A stretch of DNA of 62,724 nt, filler included, from Chiloscyllium plagiosum (taxonomy: Eukaryota): the NCBI RefSeq assembly GCF_004010195.1. It is 5 parts of one record of this genome, joined end to end, with 100 filler letters (N's around TTAATTAATTAA, not from the genome) between each part and the next. Parts side by side here need not be neighbours in the genome. Positions count along the whole stretch, not along the records: positions 18,509 to 47,495 come from NC_057712.1; 4 more parts are not named here. The stretch is one strand, 5' to 3'. How positions within the stretch are numbered: position 1 is the first letter of the stretch; the number at the start of each line of letters is the position of its first letter. Positions 35,598 through 47,595 of the stretch are shown here, one piece after another. Both the position numbers and the translations under genes were made by a program. The notes below the pieces were generated by a model. It worked only from the letters and a program-made list of their open reading frames with translations, searched no databases and was not told the DNA's origin.

Positions 35598-37205
35598 GTG
35601 GTCAAGATGAAACCCCCTTGAAATATTTTAAGAAAATAGTCTAGACTTGAACCTTTTCTTATTTTAAAGGAAAATGTAAAGTTCTGTATTCCAGATGCAA
35701 TTTGACCGGTCAGACTACTCAATATTAAGCAAAACACAATTTATTCAGATACTATATCTAAAACGCAACGAAAGAAAAGAAAAGCTTTGAATAGCTTAAC
35801 TCTATTGGAAAACTTAACAGAATGATAGATACAGTAACTATAACTAATTAACTGTTTCAATGTAGTAACATCCCATAAACATACCCCTTGGCAAAAAAGT
35901 AAAGTCAGAATCAAAAGATAAAAGCAAATTACTGCGGATGCTGGATTCTGAAACCAAAAGAGAAAATGCTGGAAAATCTCAGCAGGTCTGGCAGCATCTG
36001 TAAGGAGAGGAAAGAGCTGACGTTTCGAGTCTAACTGGTCCTTTGTCAAAGCTAAAAAAAAGGGGAGAAATAGGGAGGTATTTATCTCCAGAGTAAATAC
36101 CTTGTCTAACACTGAGAGAGAAAAGGAAAGCAGTGAAGGTGGACAGGGGGAGAGAGACAAACGAAAATCCTGTCGGAGAGAAGAGCAGTACTTCCTCAGG
36201 GTAGGCACTCCTGGGAGAGAGGTGGCAGTGGGTTAAACACTGGATAAAAGCAGGTAATTACTCTGGAGATAAATACCTCCCTATTTCTCCCCTTTCTTAA
36301 GCTTTGACAAAGGGTCAGTTAAACTCAAAACATCAGCTCTTTTCTCTCTTTACAGATGCTGCCAGAACTGCTGAGATTTTCCAGCATTTTCTCTTTTGAT
36401 TTCAGATTCCAGCATCCACAGTAATTTGTTTTTATCCAGTGTTTAACCCACTGCCACCTCTCTCCCAGGAATGCTTACCCTGAAGAAGTGCTGCTCTTCT
36501 CTCCGACAGGATTTTCGTTTGTCTCTCTCCCCCTGTCCACCTTCACTGCTTTCTTTTTCTCTCTCAGTGTTAGATAAGGTAATTACTCTGGAGATAAATA
36601 CCTCCCTATTTCTCCCCTTTCTTAAGCTTTGACAAAGGGCAGTTAGACTCGAAACATCAGCTCTTTTCTCTCCTTACAGATGCTGCCAGATCTGCTGAGA
36701 TTTTCCAGCATTTTCTCTTTTGGTTTCAGAATCAAATTGTTTTACATATAGCCCAGCAACAGAGAGAAAAAAATGTTGAGCAAAAACTCAGAGGGAGTGC
36801 AGCTTCCAACCCTGTTGAGACTCCAACAGCAACTGCTCCTGAACTGCTGAGATTTTCCAGCATTTTCTCTTAAAGTCAGAATCAAATTGTCTTACATATA
36901 GCCCAGCAACAGAGAGAAAAAAATGTTGAGCAAAAACTCAGAGGGAGTGCAGCTTCCAACCCTGTTGAGACTCCAACAGCAACTGCTCCTGAATCTCAAA
37001 GCTAAAACGCTATGAACTAGAACTCCTGGTCTATGAGAGCTGGCCACACCTATCCAGGCTGCTTCTATTGTTCCAACTTTGACAGAAAAACCCAAGGCCT
37101 CACAAGTTGTTTATCTTCTCGTAAACTGCTCATTGCCTATCCTCCAGTCTCTCTCTAAAAGAAACCAGAACAGAACACATCCCTTAAAGCCAAAGCATTG
37201 TCTCA
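35598..37205. mobile_element. Probable LTR-type element hosting the 36-kb PLE insertion
   Basis: TG...CA-like ends and sequence style similar to the element at 55498-56567; boundaries approximate. Confidence 0.35.
35916..36725. mobile_element. Non-autonomous PLE of ~325-bp units: one inverted unit plus ~1.45 direct units, each with a hammerhead motif; 11-bp TSD TCAGAATCAAA
   Basis: GGTAATTACTC recurs at 36253 and 36578; GATAAAAGCA at 35917 and 36243; TSD at 35905-35915 and 36726-36736. Confidence 0.85.
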
Positions 37206-37699
37206 TTAGGAATTAGTCAATTTCAAGTAACATTCAGAATTTCATGCCATGGTAATGTATTTTGTTACATTACTGCCAATCACATGGAAACATCTGAAAG
37301 AATTTACTGGAAGGTGGAAGAAGAATAGATGCTGAGCAGGAGACCAAGATGTAAGAGAGATTGAGCTGACTAAAGCTTTTCCAAAATGAATAGTTGTGTG
37401 TGTTGAAAAGCTGGGAGACAGTAATTAAGTGATATTGCAGTGCAAGAGACTCTTGAAGCTTGAAGGCTCATGGTTACAAAATTAAGCACCCATGAAAGAG
37501 TGAAAGGATGCTGAAAAAGAGACAATTCACATCAGAGGAATGGAAAGTTTATAAGAAAGTATATTTGGAAGAGATCACTGAATTTATGTGTCCTGGTTTA
37601 AAACACCTTCAAACAGTTTGACCAATTTGACAAACATTTCATTGTTGGCATTTCAGCTGACCAGCAAACTCTCAAATTCCTACTGTTTGCCATCATACA

Positions 37700-39135
37700 G
37701 TCATAGTCATAGAGATGTACAGCACAGAAACAGACCCTTCGGTCCAACCTGTCCACGCCAACCAGATATCCCAACCCAATCTAGTCCCACCTGCCAGCAC
37801 CCGGCCAATATCCCTCCAAACCCTTCCTATTCATATGCCCATCCAAATGCCTCTTAAATGTTGCAATTGTACCAGCCTCCACCACTTCTCAGGCAACTCA
37901 TTCCATACACGTACCACCCTCTGCATGAAAAGGTTGCCCTTAGGTCTCTTTTATATTTTTCCCCTCTCACCCTAAACCTATGCCCTCTAGTTCTGGACTC
38001 CCCGACGCCAGGGAAAAGACTTTGTCTATTTATCCTATCCATGCCCCTNNNNNNNNNNNNNNNNNNNNNNNNNNNNNNNNNNNNNNNNNNNNNNNNNNNN
38101 NNNNNNNNNNNNNNNNNNNNNNNNNNNNNNNNNNNNNNNNNNNNNNNNNNNNNNNNNNNNNNNNNNNNNNNNNNNNNNNNNNNNNNNNNNNNNNNNNNNN
38201 NNNNNNNNNNNNNNNNNNNNNNNNNNNNNNNNNNNNNNNNNNNNNNNNNNNNNNNNNNNNNNNNNNNNNNNNNNNNNNNNNNNNNNNNNNNNNNNNNNNN
38301 NNNNNNNNNNNNNNNNNNNNNNNNNNNNNNNNNNNNNNNNNNNNNNNNNNNNNNNNNNNNNNNNNNNNNNNNNNNNNNNNNNNNNNNNNNNNNNNNNNNN
38401 NNNNNNNNNNNNNNNNNNNNNNNNNNNNNNNNNNNNNNNNNNNAGCCGCAACATGACCTCCCAACTCCTGTACTCAATACTCTGACCAATAAAGGAAAAC
38501 ATACCAAACGCCTTCTTCACTATCCTATCTACCTGTGACTCCACTTTCAAGGAGTTATGAACCTGCTCTCCAAGGTCTCTTTGTTCAGCAACTCATTCCA
38601 TACATGCACCACCCGCTGTGTGAAAATATTGCTCCTTAGTTCCTTCTTAAATCTTTCCTGTCTCACCTATACCTTGGCCCTCTAATTTTGGACTCCCCTA
38701 TCCTGGGAAAAAGACCTTGGCTATTCATCCTATCCATGCCCCTCATGATTTTATAAACCTCTATAAGATCACCCCTCAGCCTCTGACACTCCAGGGAAAA
38801 TTATCCCAGCCTATTCAACCTGTTCCTATAGGTAAAAACAATGGCTGCAGATGCTGGAAACCAGCTTTATTCCTGATGAAGGGCTTTTTCCCGAAACATT
38901 GATTTTGCTGCTCCTTGGATGCTGCCTGAACTGCTGTGCTCTTCCAGCACCACTAATCCAAAACCTCGTGCTATAGCTCAAACCCTTAATTCCTGGCAAC
39001 ATTTTTGTAAACATTTTCTGAACCCTTTAAAATTTAGCAACATCCTTCCTGTAGCAGGGAGACCAGAATTGCACGCAATATTCCAATAGTGGCCGAACCA
39101 ATGTCCTGCACAGCCTCAACATGGTATCTCAACTT
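37700..39135 (-). mobile_element. Two nested/tandem CR1 3' fragments with a 395-N gap
   Basis: CR1 motifs (VKKAFGMFSFIGQSIEYRSWEVML; RGMDRINRQSLFPG); the second copy from ~38590 is interrupted by a PLE. Confidence 0.9.
38832..38970. mobile_element. Short PLE insertion in CR1 (short inverted piece plus direct piece), flanked by CTATAG
   Basis: CTATAG at 38826-38831 and 38971-38976; contains CTGATGAAGGGCTTTTTCCCGAAACATT. Confidence 0.75.
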
Positions 39136-42100
39136 CCATCCAACTCTAGCTTTTCCAGCAATTTCTGTCTTTGTGTGAGAAAGGACTACAGGCCTCCTGT
39201 TTTCTTCCAATGCAACCTTTGTCTTCACAACTGCTACAGTTTCATCAGACAATACATTCTTGTTATCTTTACAATAGATCAGAATATTCTGCTAAAAACC
39301 ATTTGCAGAATGGAGATATCATTGACCGTAGTCAGACCAATTATTATTGTCACATTCTGCAGCCCTTCACCACATGTCATGTTGTTCCATTTTCCATCAG
39401 AGTATCTCATCCTTACAAATGTATTCCTAAAAGAGATACAATGTTTTGATCCCTAAAACTTGGTGCTGTTCAAGCATTTGCTAAGGAATCTTACATCACC
39501 AAAATCTATTCCTTTTGAGACTCTTCTTTGAATCTCACCTTTAGCCTTTTGTGAAGTGTTTCCTGTTGAATTGCTTTAATTCCATATTAATATTCAGCTC
39601 TCCTTTACAATATTAGTTGCCATGATTCTCACAAACTGAATGATGACCAGTTACACAAGATGTGGAAGGCGTGGAAGGAATGGGTTTGAGTTCCTCTTGC
39701 CCCGGGTATTGACTACAAAATATTTAAACAGAATTATAACCATGATCAATCCATCAAAGTGAGAGCAGTACCTGCCATGGAGTACAGCAAAAACCTGATA
39801 AGTGCAAACAACCAAAGGTGCACCACCTGCTTTATTGGACGACGCTACCTTGAATTCCAGGGGAACCTGTTGGAATTATGTAAAGTGATGAATAAAATAG
39901 TTAGGTCAACAAAGAAATGCAGCAGGAACATGAGGAGGGGAAAGCACACCACCCATGAGTGTTTCACAATAATTAGCCATTCCCATCATCAATAGACCCA
40001 AAGCATCTCAATCTTTTTCTGCAATGCTTACTTCTTTTCAGTGAAACCAACTTCAATACAAATATAAGTGCCAATAATAAAGCCAGAATAAAAAAAGGCC
40101 AATAATTTTGTTCCATCTATTATTACCCCAATGATGACAGTATTTGCCCTTCCTACAGAAACAAGGCCATTTTTCTATGATTGTGCTGTAGTGCTGCCAG
40201 AGATTTGTTTAGAAATGGACTACAAAAGCTGGTTTGTGAGGCTTTTCAAATGTCTGTCAACAAATGCCACCAGGGCCAAGGCCACACGTGTTTCAGTGAA
40301 AGCGTACGCTGCCAGAGAAGCAGAGGTGGGCATTACTGTTATGTCTTTGGTCCTGGCCACCCAGTCCATAGTGAACAGATGATCCCAGGTGTCAATGCCT
40401 CTTTGAGATGGCAAACTGCCCAGTTCACCATTGGTTTCTTAAGGTTTCTGTCACTGTCTTCTTCGGTAATCTTGAAAGTGGTATCTGAGTCCTTAATACC
40501 AAGGTTTGTATAGGGATAGGACAGACCATTCAGCCCTTCAAGCCTTTTCTACCAATAAATTAGACTAGGGTTGGTCTGTACCTTGTTTCCATTTACCTGC
40601 ATTTGTTCCAACTCCCTTAATAACCTTGCCGAGGATAAATCCATGACGTTCAGTTTTAATCTCTTGGCAGAATAGAGCTTGAATATTGATGAGGAAACTG
40701 TTTGTTTTTTTTATTCAACTTTTAGTTTTGTACGCACCAGGACACCATATTAATGCTGAACTTTGAAGGGATCAGAAGGTTTTACTGCATGGGGAAAAGG
40801 TGCTGAGTATTTGATAAGTCTATTTTAGTTTGCTAAGGCATCTCATCATGTCCATCACTCTCTCCATGTTGTGAGGGCCAGCCTATTTCTTCATGTGGCT
40901 GGAAGACTTGCAGATGGGCTTGGCCTCCTTCTCCATTGCGCTTCTGTTCCATAAACCTTGCCCTATAAGAAAGAAGGCAGCATGTTTGGAGAGTTTTGTG
41001 AGGTGCTGAGGAACAGTGTTCTAAATTGGCAATGTGACCAATGATAGCAGAATTGGAGCTGGCTGCATGCCTGAAACATAACAGGGAGCGTGTAATGCCA
41101 ATTTTGCCTAGTCCCTGGAACCACATAAAGGTGCATGTTCAGCAGACCCCTGCATGCTCATTAAGTCTTAGGCAGCAATGTTTTCCCTGATATTGAAACA
41201 TGTTACATATCAGGCATGTTTTCAGTTTCCACTATCAACCAAAATTACAGATATATACAGGAATCCAGACATCAGATGACATTCAGAAGATCAGTATGAG
41301 TCTGATTTCAATCACATTTTATGAATATCGTCAAAACACTTGAACACATGACTTTTATTCAAATTAAGACATTGAAAGCTTTGCATAAGTTTTATTATCA
41401 GGAATCCAAGAAAATTAACAGAGTCCAAATACATCGAAGACACGTGTAGACAACCTCAATAGAAATAAAATCTGGAGAAATGTAATTAATGTTAGCCACT
41501 TACACTTTACCACCCATTTTAAATTATTACACAAACTCAAGTGATTTGAGTCAACAACACTGCAGAAGCAAGTCAACTACAACTTTATTCACTGGAGTGA
41601 GTAAGCATTTTATTGATTTTATTCATATCTGAAAGGAATGTCAACATAATTTTTTACTCCCACATTACTTAGGTTTCTTCATATTAAGCATGGTTCGGAT
41701 GTAAATTAATTCTATTAAAGGCTATGCTGCCATTTCAAAAAAATTAAAAGAGTGAATATTCTGACTTGGCACAACAGAGAGATCTGATATCAAAGACTGA
41801 ATGGAGTTACTGATTTACAAATTTACTGATCCACCAGGTCATCTCATCACAGGCAGGCTCAAAGATGTTTTAGAGCATTTTTCACATGGAAATGGCAACT
41901 GTAGCAATTGTTAGAAATTTCAGTTCAAACCATTTTACAAAGCAAGCTTTTTTTATATATAGAAAGCAAAATAAGGGGCAAAAGGTGAGTGTGGAGACTG
42001 AAAATATCTGACAAACGGCATTTTATTGGGATTTGTCATTATGGCCCTCTTATTTACAATATGCATAAATAATCAGAGTTTTGGATTGAGAAAAAAACTA

Positions 42101-42325
42101 TTCTTGGAATGTGAGCAGCTCTAGCAAGACCAGTTATTGATTGCCAATTATTGATTGCACTGAAATAGAACAGTGAGTGATTTGACATAACTAACTAACT
42201 TGCGAGATGCCTAGATGATATCTAAGAGTCAAGCATGCCCAAGCTACGACTGAAATTAAATACAAGCCGAACAAAGCGAGGATCTCAAGATTCTTTGCCA
42301 AACAAACTTTAGTATACAGTTCGTT

Positions 42326-43830
42326 TAGAGTCATCGAGTCATACAGCATGGAAACAGATCCTTCAGTCTAACTAGTCCACACTGACCATGTCCCAAACTA
42401 AACTAGTCTCACTTGCCTGCATTTTTCCCATATCCCTTCAAATCCCTCCTATTCAGGTACTTATCCAAATATCTTTTAAACTTTGTAACTGTACCTGCAT
42501 TCATCACTTCCTGTGGAAGTTCATTCCACTGACAAACTATTTTCTGAGTCAAAAGTTGCCCCTCTTATAATTTTTAAAACTTTCTCCTCTCACCTTAAAA
42601 ATATGCCCCCTTCATTTTGAATTCCCCTACCCTAGGGAAAAGACCCTTGCTATTTACCTTATTGATGCCTTTCATGATTTTATAAACCTGTGTAAGGTCA
42701 CCCCTCAACCTCCCACGCGCCAGTGAAGAGTCACAGCCTGTCCAGCCTATTTTTATAATTTATATTTTTATATTTATAATGAAATGTAATTATAATTATG
42801 TAATATTATAATTATAATATATTTTTATAATTAAAACCCTCCATTCCAGCAACATCGTGGTAAATCTTTTCTGAATCTTCTCCAGTTTAATAATATTCCT
42901 CCTGTAGCCGGGCAACCAGAACTGCACAGAGTATTCCAATAAAGGCCTCACCAACATCCGGTACACACTCAACACGATGCCCCAATGCCTATACCTCAAA
43001 GGTCTGAGCATAAAAGGCAAGCATGCTAAATACCTTCTTAATCACCCAATCTCCCTCTGATGCAAATTTCAAAGAATTATGTACCTGAACCTCTAGGTCT
43101 CTCTATTCTACAGCATTGTCCAGAGCCCTTACCATTATTTGTAGAAGTCCTGCCCGTGTTTGTTTTACTAAAATGCAATACCTCACATGTATCCAAACAC
43201 CATCTGCCACTCTTCAGCCCATTGACCCTATTGGTAAAGATCTCTTTGTAATCTGAGATAACTTTTTTTTTACTTTACATTATACCATCAATTTTGGTGT
43301 CTTCTGCAGACATACGACCAATACCTTCTATATTCCCATCCAAGTCGTTTGTATAAATGACAAACAAAAGTGGACCCAGTATCGATCCCTGTGGAACATT
43401 GCCAGCTATGGGCCTCCAGTCCGATCAACAACCCTCCACCACCACCCTCTGTCTTGTATTGTCAAGCCAATTTTGTATCCAATTAGCAAGCTCACCCTGA
43501 ACCCCATGTGATCTAACTTTATTAATTAGTCTACCGTGGAGAGTCTTGTCAAAGGCTTTACTAAACTCCATGTAAACAATGTCTGCCAATTTCCCCTTGT
43601 CAATTATTTTGGGTACTTTTGAAAAAACTCAATCAAGAGTGTGAGAAACAATTTTCCTCACATGAAGCTATGCAAAGTATCCTGAATCAGTCCTTCCCTC
43701 TCCAAATGCATGTAACTTCTATCTTTCAGGGTCACCTCCAGCAATGCACACACCACCGATTTCAGGCTCATAGGTCTATAGTTCCCTGGCTTTTCTTTAC
43801 AGCCTTCCTTAAATAAAGGCACAACATTAT
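42326..43830 (-). mobile_element. Older, longer CR1 LINE fragment (RT region to 3' end)
   Basis: VVPLFKEGCKEKPGNYRPMSLKSVV (cf. NYRPVSLTS) and LVRPLLEYSVQFWLP; AT-rich insert at ~42755-42830. Confidence 0.9.
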
Positions 43831-44169
43831 TTTTCCAGATATTATAAAGCAGAATTTTAATTCTCAGGTTGTCATGGTGAGACTTCAAAACACATTATTT
43901 GGTTGCACAAACGTACATAATTTAGTCAAAACCCTGAATTCTTAACACAGTATCATATACATTTCCATATCCCTACAATTTCAGGAACAGTTTGCTTATG
44001 AGACCAGAGTTTGAGTTGGGTTAGTCCGGGTGACTGTATAATGGATTGGAAAAAAAACTTCAGAAAATATATTATTAGCAGGAGAAGCCAATATATTATT
44101 AGCAGGAGAGCTATAATAAAATGAAGATGAGAGGAGTGCTCTATTTCTCTCTCGACCCCCTACTCCATG

Positions 44170-44944
44170 TGTCACAAATTAAGGTTGTATCCCATGTCAA
44201 AATAGCCAATCATATGCTTTCTCTATACTAGATGTAGGATTTTTTAAAAATCCATCAACTAAATTTCTTTACTAAACACAAAATTATTGATTATTATAAA
44301 ATAAAACTTATTCCATGAAGATGCAAAAAACAGTTAACAGGGCTTTTAATATGAAAATATAAACGATTACCCCTCTAAATAGCCAAACACACACAGTCAC
44401 ATCAGACAAAGTGAAAAAATGACTTCTCTCTGCAGAGATTCATATTTGGTCAATGGATATGAGTTCCTGAGGGCACTAAGGATAATGTTTGACACATTCA
44501 GATGGGCATTGGCCTGATGTTCTGGCATACAAAATCTGATGGTTGTTGAACACATGCAGCTGTTGCTAGGGTTATTTGCCTACACCATCATTTTGGAATG
44601 ATCAATTATCTCTTTCAGAAGTTTCTCATGTGACAGCAACACCACCGGAGCTCCAGGTACCACACTCGACCAAGAACACAGCTCCTTTTCCTGAAGCAGG
44701 GAAGTTATACTGGGAAGCTCTTTTCTTTCAGCCAGTCAATTGCTAACAATTTCAATCATTGTCCAAAGGAGACATTGTAAATTGACTGTCACAAATCTCC
44801 AGTAGTTAAGCACATGTCATTATCCCACATGTAACTACCAAGAAACGCAGTTAAAACAGTTTCAATGACTTTTCATTGTCTTTTTTTTAAAGAAAACTAA
44901 TCCAGAATCCGTAATCCTTCAAATCCAAGTCAAAAACTATTACA
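44170..44944. mobile_element. Possible solo LTR
   Basis: TGTCACA...ATTACA ends, about 775 bp; no clear TSD. Confidence 0.35.
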
Positions 44945-45044
44945 TGTGAATATTTTATTACTCCTTTATTAATAGAAAACAACTGCCATATTCAATGTAT
45001 TTCTTGGCAAAGTGTGGATATAAAGTAAAAACATTAAAAATTAA

Positions 45045-45850
45045 GACACATTCAGTGGCCAATCTAAACGAGTACAGCACCACTGTTACAGACTTCATTA
45101 ATAAGTGGGTAAAAGAGTGCATGCCAAAGAAGTTAATCAAAATGTTCCCCAACTGGAAACCATGGATGAACCAGGAGATCCTTGCCCTGCTGAAGTCCAG
45201 GTCTGAGGCATACAAGGCAAGCAATCCTGACCCATGCAGGAAATCCAGGTATAACATTCATAAAACCACCTGAGATGCCAAGAGGCAATACCAAACTAAG
45301 CTTGATACCCAAACCAACCACATGGACCCCCATTGTTTGGGGCAAGGCTTAAATGATGTAATGGGCTACAAAGTGAGGTTGAACAGAATCATGAGCAACA
45401 TTGTGATGAGCTCATTGCATTGTACACTTGCTGTGAACAGAAGGTCAGTGAAACAATGTCACCTATCCCAACAGCCTCAGGTACCCCTATACCCACACTC
45501 ACCACCACTAGTGTCAGATCAGCCTTCTTGAGGGGGGACCCCCGTGGAAAGCGACTGACCTGGATGGAGTCCCTGGCTGTGCTCTCAGCTCCAATGTGTA
45601 TATCCAGATGAGAGTGTTCACAAAGACTTTTAACCTCTCCTTACTATGTTGCGAGATTCACCGCTGCTTGAAGAAGACCCATCACCCCATCCCAGTGCCA
45701 AATCAAAAATCATGCAGCCTGCCTCAATGACTACTGCCAGGTGGCTCTGACCTTCATAATGATGAAGTGCTTCAAGAAGTAAGTCATGGCTCGCATCAGC
45801 TGCAGCCTACCCCATTGCATTGATCCTTTGCAATTCGCCTGCAGGTCCAT
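45045..45850 (+). mobile_element. Decayed Rex1/Babar-type LINE fragment
   Basis: NLNEYSTTVTDFINKWVKECMPKKLIKMFPNWKPWMNQEI..LLKSR..AYK; downstream ACLNDY.(P)VALT..MKCF and DPLQFA motifs. Confidence 0.8.
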
Positions 45851-45867
45851 GGCAGAGACTTTGAGAT

Positions 45868-46280
45868 TCTGGACGTAAGTTTGCTCGCTGAGCTGCAAGG
45901 TTCATTTTCAGACGTTTCGTCACCATACTAGGTAACATCTTCAGTGAGCTTCTGGATGAAGCACTGCTGATGTTTCCTGCTTTTTATTTACATGTTTGGG
46001 TTTCTTTGGGTTGGTGATGTCATCACCTGTGGTGAAGTTATTTCCTATGTCATTTCCTGTTCTTTTTCTCAGGGCGTGGTAAATGGGGTCCAATTCAATG
46101 TGTTTGTTGTTAGAGTTCCAGTTGGAATGCCATGCTTCTAGGAATTTTCGTGCACATCTCTGTTTGGCTTGTCCTAGGATGCATGTGCTGTCCCAGTTGA
46201 AGTGGTGTCCTTCCCTATCTGTATGTAAGGATACTAGTGAGAGAGGGTCATGTCGTTTTGTGGCTAGTTGATGTTCATGG
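45868..46280 (-). mobile_element. PLE 3' fragment (GIY-YIG C-terminal part plus terminal repeat)
   Basis: HEHQLATKRHDPLSLVSLHTDREGHHFNWDSTCILGQAKQRCARKFLEAWH, typical of Poseidon-like PLE endonuclease ends. Confidence 0.85.
45908..45947 (-). ncRNA. Intact minimal type-I hammerhead ribozyme motif
   Basis: UCA-CUGAAGA-U-GUUACC(UAGUAU)GGUGAC-GAAA-C-GUC^UGA: 3-bp stem I, 6-bp stem II with one U-G, ACGU palindrome. Confidence 0.75.
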
Positions 46281-47007
46281 GACCATTTACTCATATCCTT
46301 CCTAAATGGCCTACCCAGTATTCTTGGACTGTGACGCCTGGTCCTGAACTCCCCAATCATCAGGAATATTCTTGATGCATTTACCCTGTCTAATCCTGGA
46401 TGAATTATGGAAGTTTCTATGCAACCCTCCCCTCATTCTTCTCAACTCTGGAAATTTGATGCCTCCTTATCATTCCCAAGTCTATCCCATTCTCCCAGTC
46501 CCCCTCTCTGCAGGATGACACCCCACCATGGACCCAGCAGATGGATCTTCAAGACCTAGAAATGTACCCTTCTACATTTATTATCATAAAGAGTGGAACA
46601 AGATGAAATGTCTTTTTCACTAGAGCTGAGCAGGCTAAGTGGTAACCGAATTGATTTTTTAAATATGTTCTCGCATGGAATGTGACTGTCACTGACAAGG
46701 CCAATACTTACCCCTATCTTCAAATGACTGTCTTGCTAGATGCATTTCAGAGGCTTGTGTAGGGCAGTTTGGATAAGGGAGACAAGTTTCCTTCCATAAA
46801 GTACATCAGTGAATAAGTGCAATTTTGCAAATACCATTGGTAATTCCAAAATTTTAAATTTTACTATGACTCCCTATCAATTTTAGTTTTATTGTTTGAA
46901 TTCATATGCCATCATCTGCCATTGCAGAACGATGAAACCAGTCTAAGGAAGGTGTTGCCCAAGTACCACCAGTATGTTGCCTGCCCCACCAGGGGCCTGA
47001 ACATTTT

Positions 47008-47370
47008 AGCTGAAACTTTATTGCTGGAACAGCACAGCAGGTCAGGCAGCATCTAGGGAACAGGAGATTCGACGTTTCGGGCACAGGCCCTTCTTCAGGA
47101 ATGAGCAGAGAGTGTTCAGCAGGAGAAGATAAAAGGTAGGGAGGAGGGACTTGGAGGAGGGGCGTTGGAAATGTGATAGGTGGAAAGAGGTCAAGGTGAG
47201 GGTGATAGGTCGGAGTAGGATGGAGGCAGAGAGGTCAAGAAGAAGACTGCAGGTCAGGAAGGCGGAGCCGGGCTGGAGGGATTCGGCTGAGACAAGGGGA
47301 GGGGGGATGAAGAAACTGGTGAAGTCCAAGTTCATCCCCTGCGGTTGGAGGGATCCCAGTCGGAAGATAC
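47008..47370 (-). mobile_element. PLE 3' fragment
   Basis: IFRLGSLQPQGMNLDFTSF C-terminus followed by the terminal repeat. Confidence 0.85.
47067..47102 (-). ncRNA. Intact minimal hammerhead motif (C3-G8)
   Basis: AUUC-CUGAAGA-A-GGGC(CUGU)GCCC-GAAA-C-GUC^GAAU: 4-bp stem I, 4-bp stem II. Confidence 0.72.
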
Positions 47371-47495
47371 AGACCCTTTTACAGACAAGTCAAGCAACAG
47401 CCTGACATAGGCATATTCACTGAATTTTACCTTACAGATATAATCCAGACAGCACCATCATCATCCCTGGATATGTCCTGTCCCAAAGGCAGGTG

Positions 47496-47595
47496 NNNNN
47501 NNNNNNNNNNNNNNNNNNNNNNNNNNNNNNNNNNNNNNNTTAATTAATTAANNNNNNNNNNNNNNNNNNNNNNNNNNNNNNNNNNNNNNNNNNNN
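47496..47595. other. Artificial gap/linker
   Basis: 44N-TTAATTAATTAA-44N. Confidence 0.95.

Noticed and set aside
37854..38550. Long ORFs in the ORF track
   Set aside because: Artefacts of reading through 395 Ns inside a CR1 fragment.
39845..39862. Possible 18-nt collagen-like micro-exon (GSPGIQG) on the minus strand
   Set aside because: Too short to be significant, the donor is weak, and no other Gly-X-Y exons were found.
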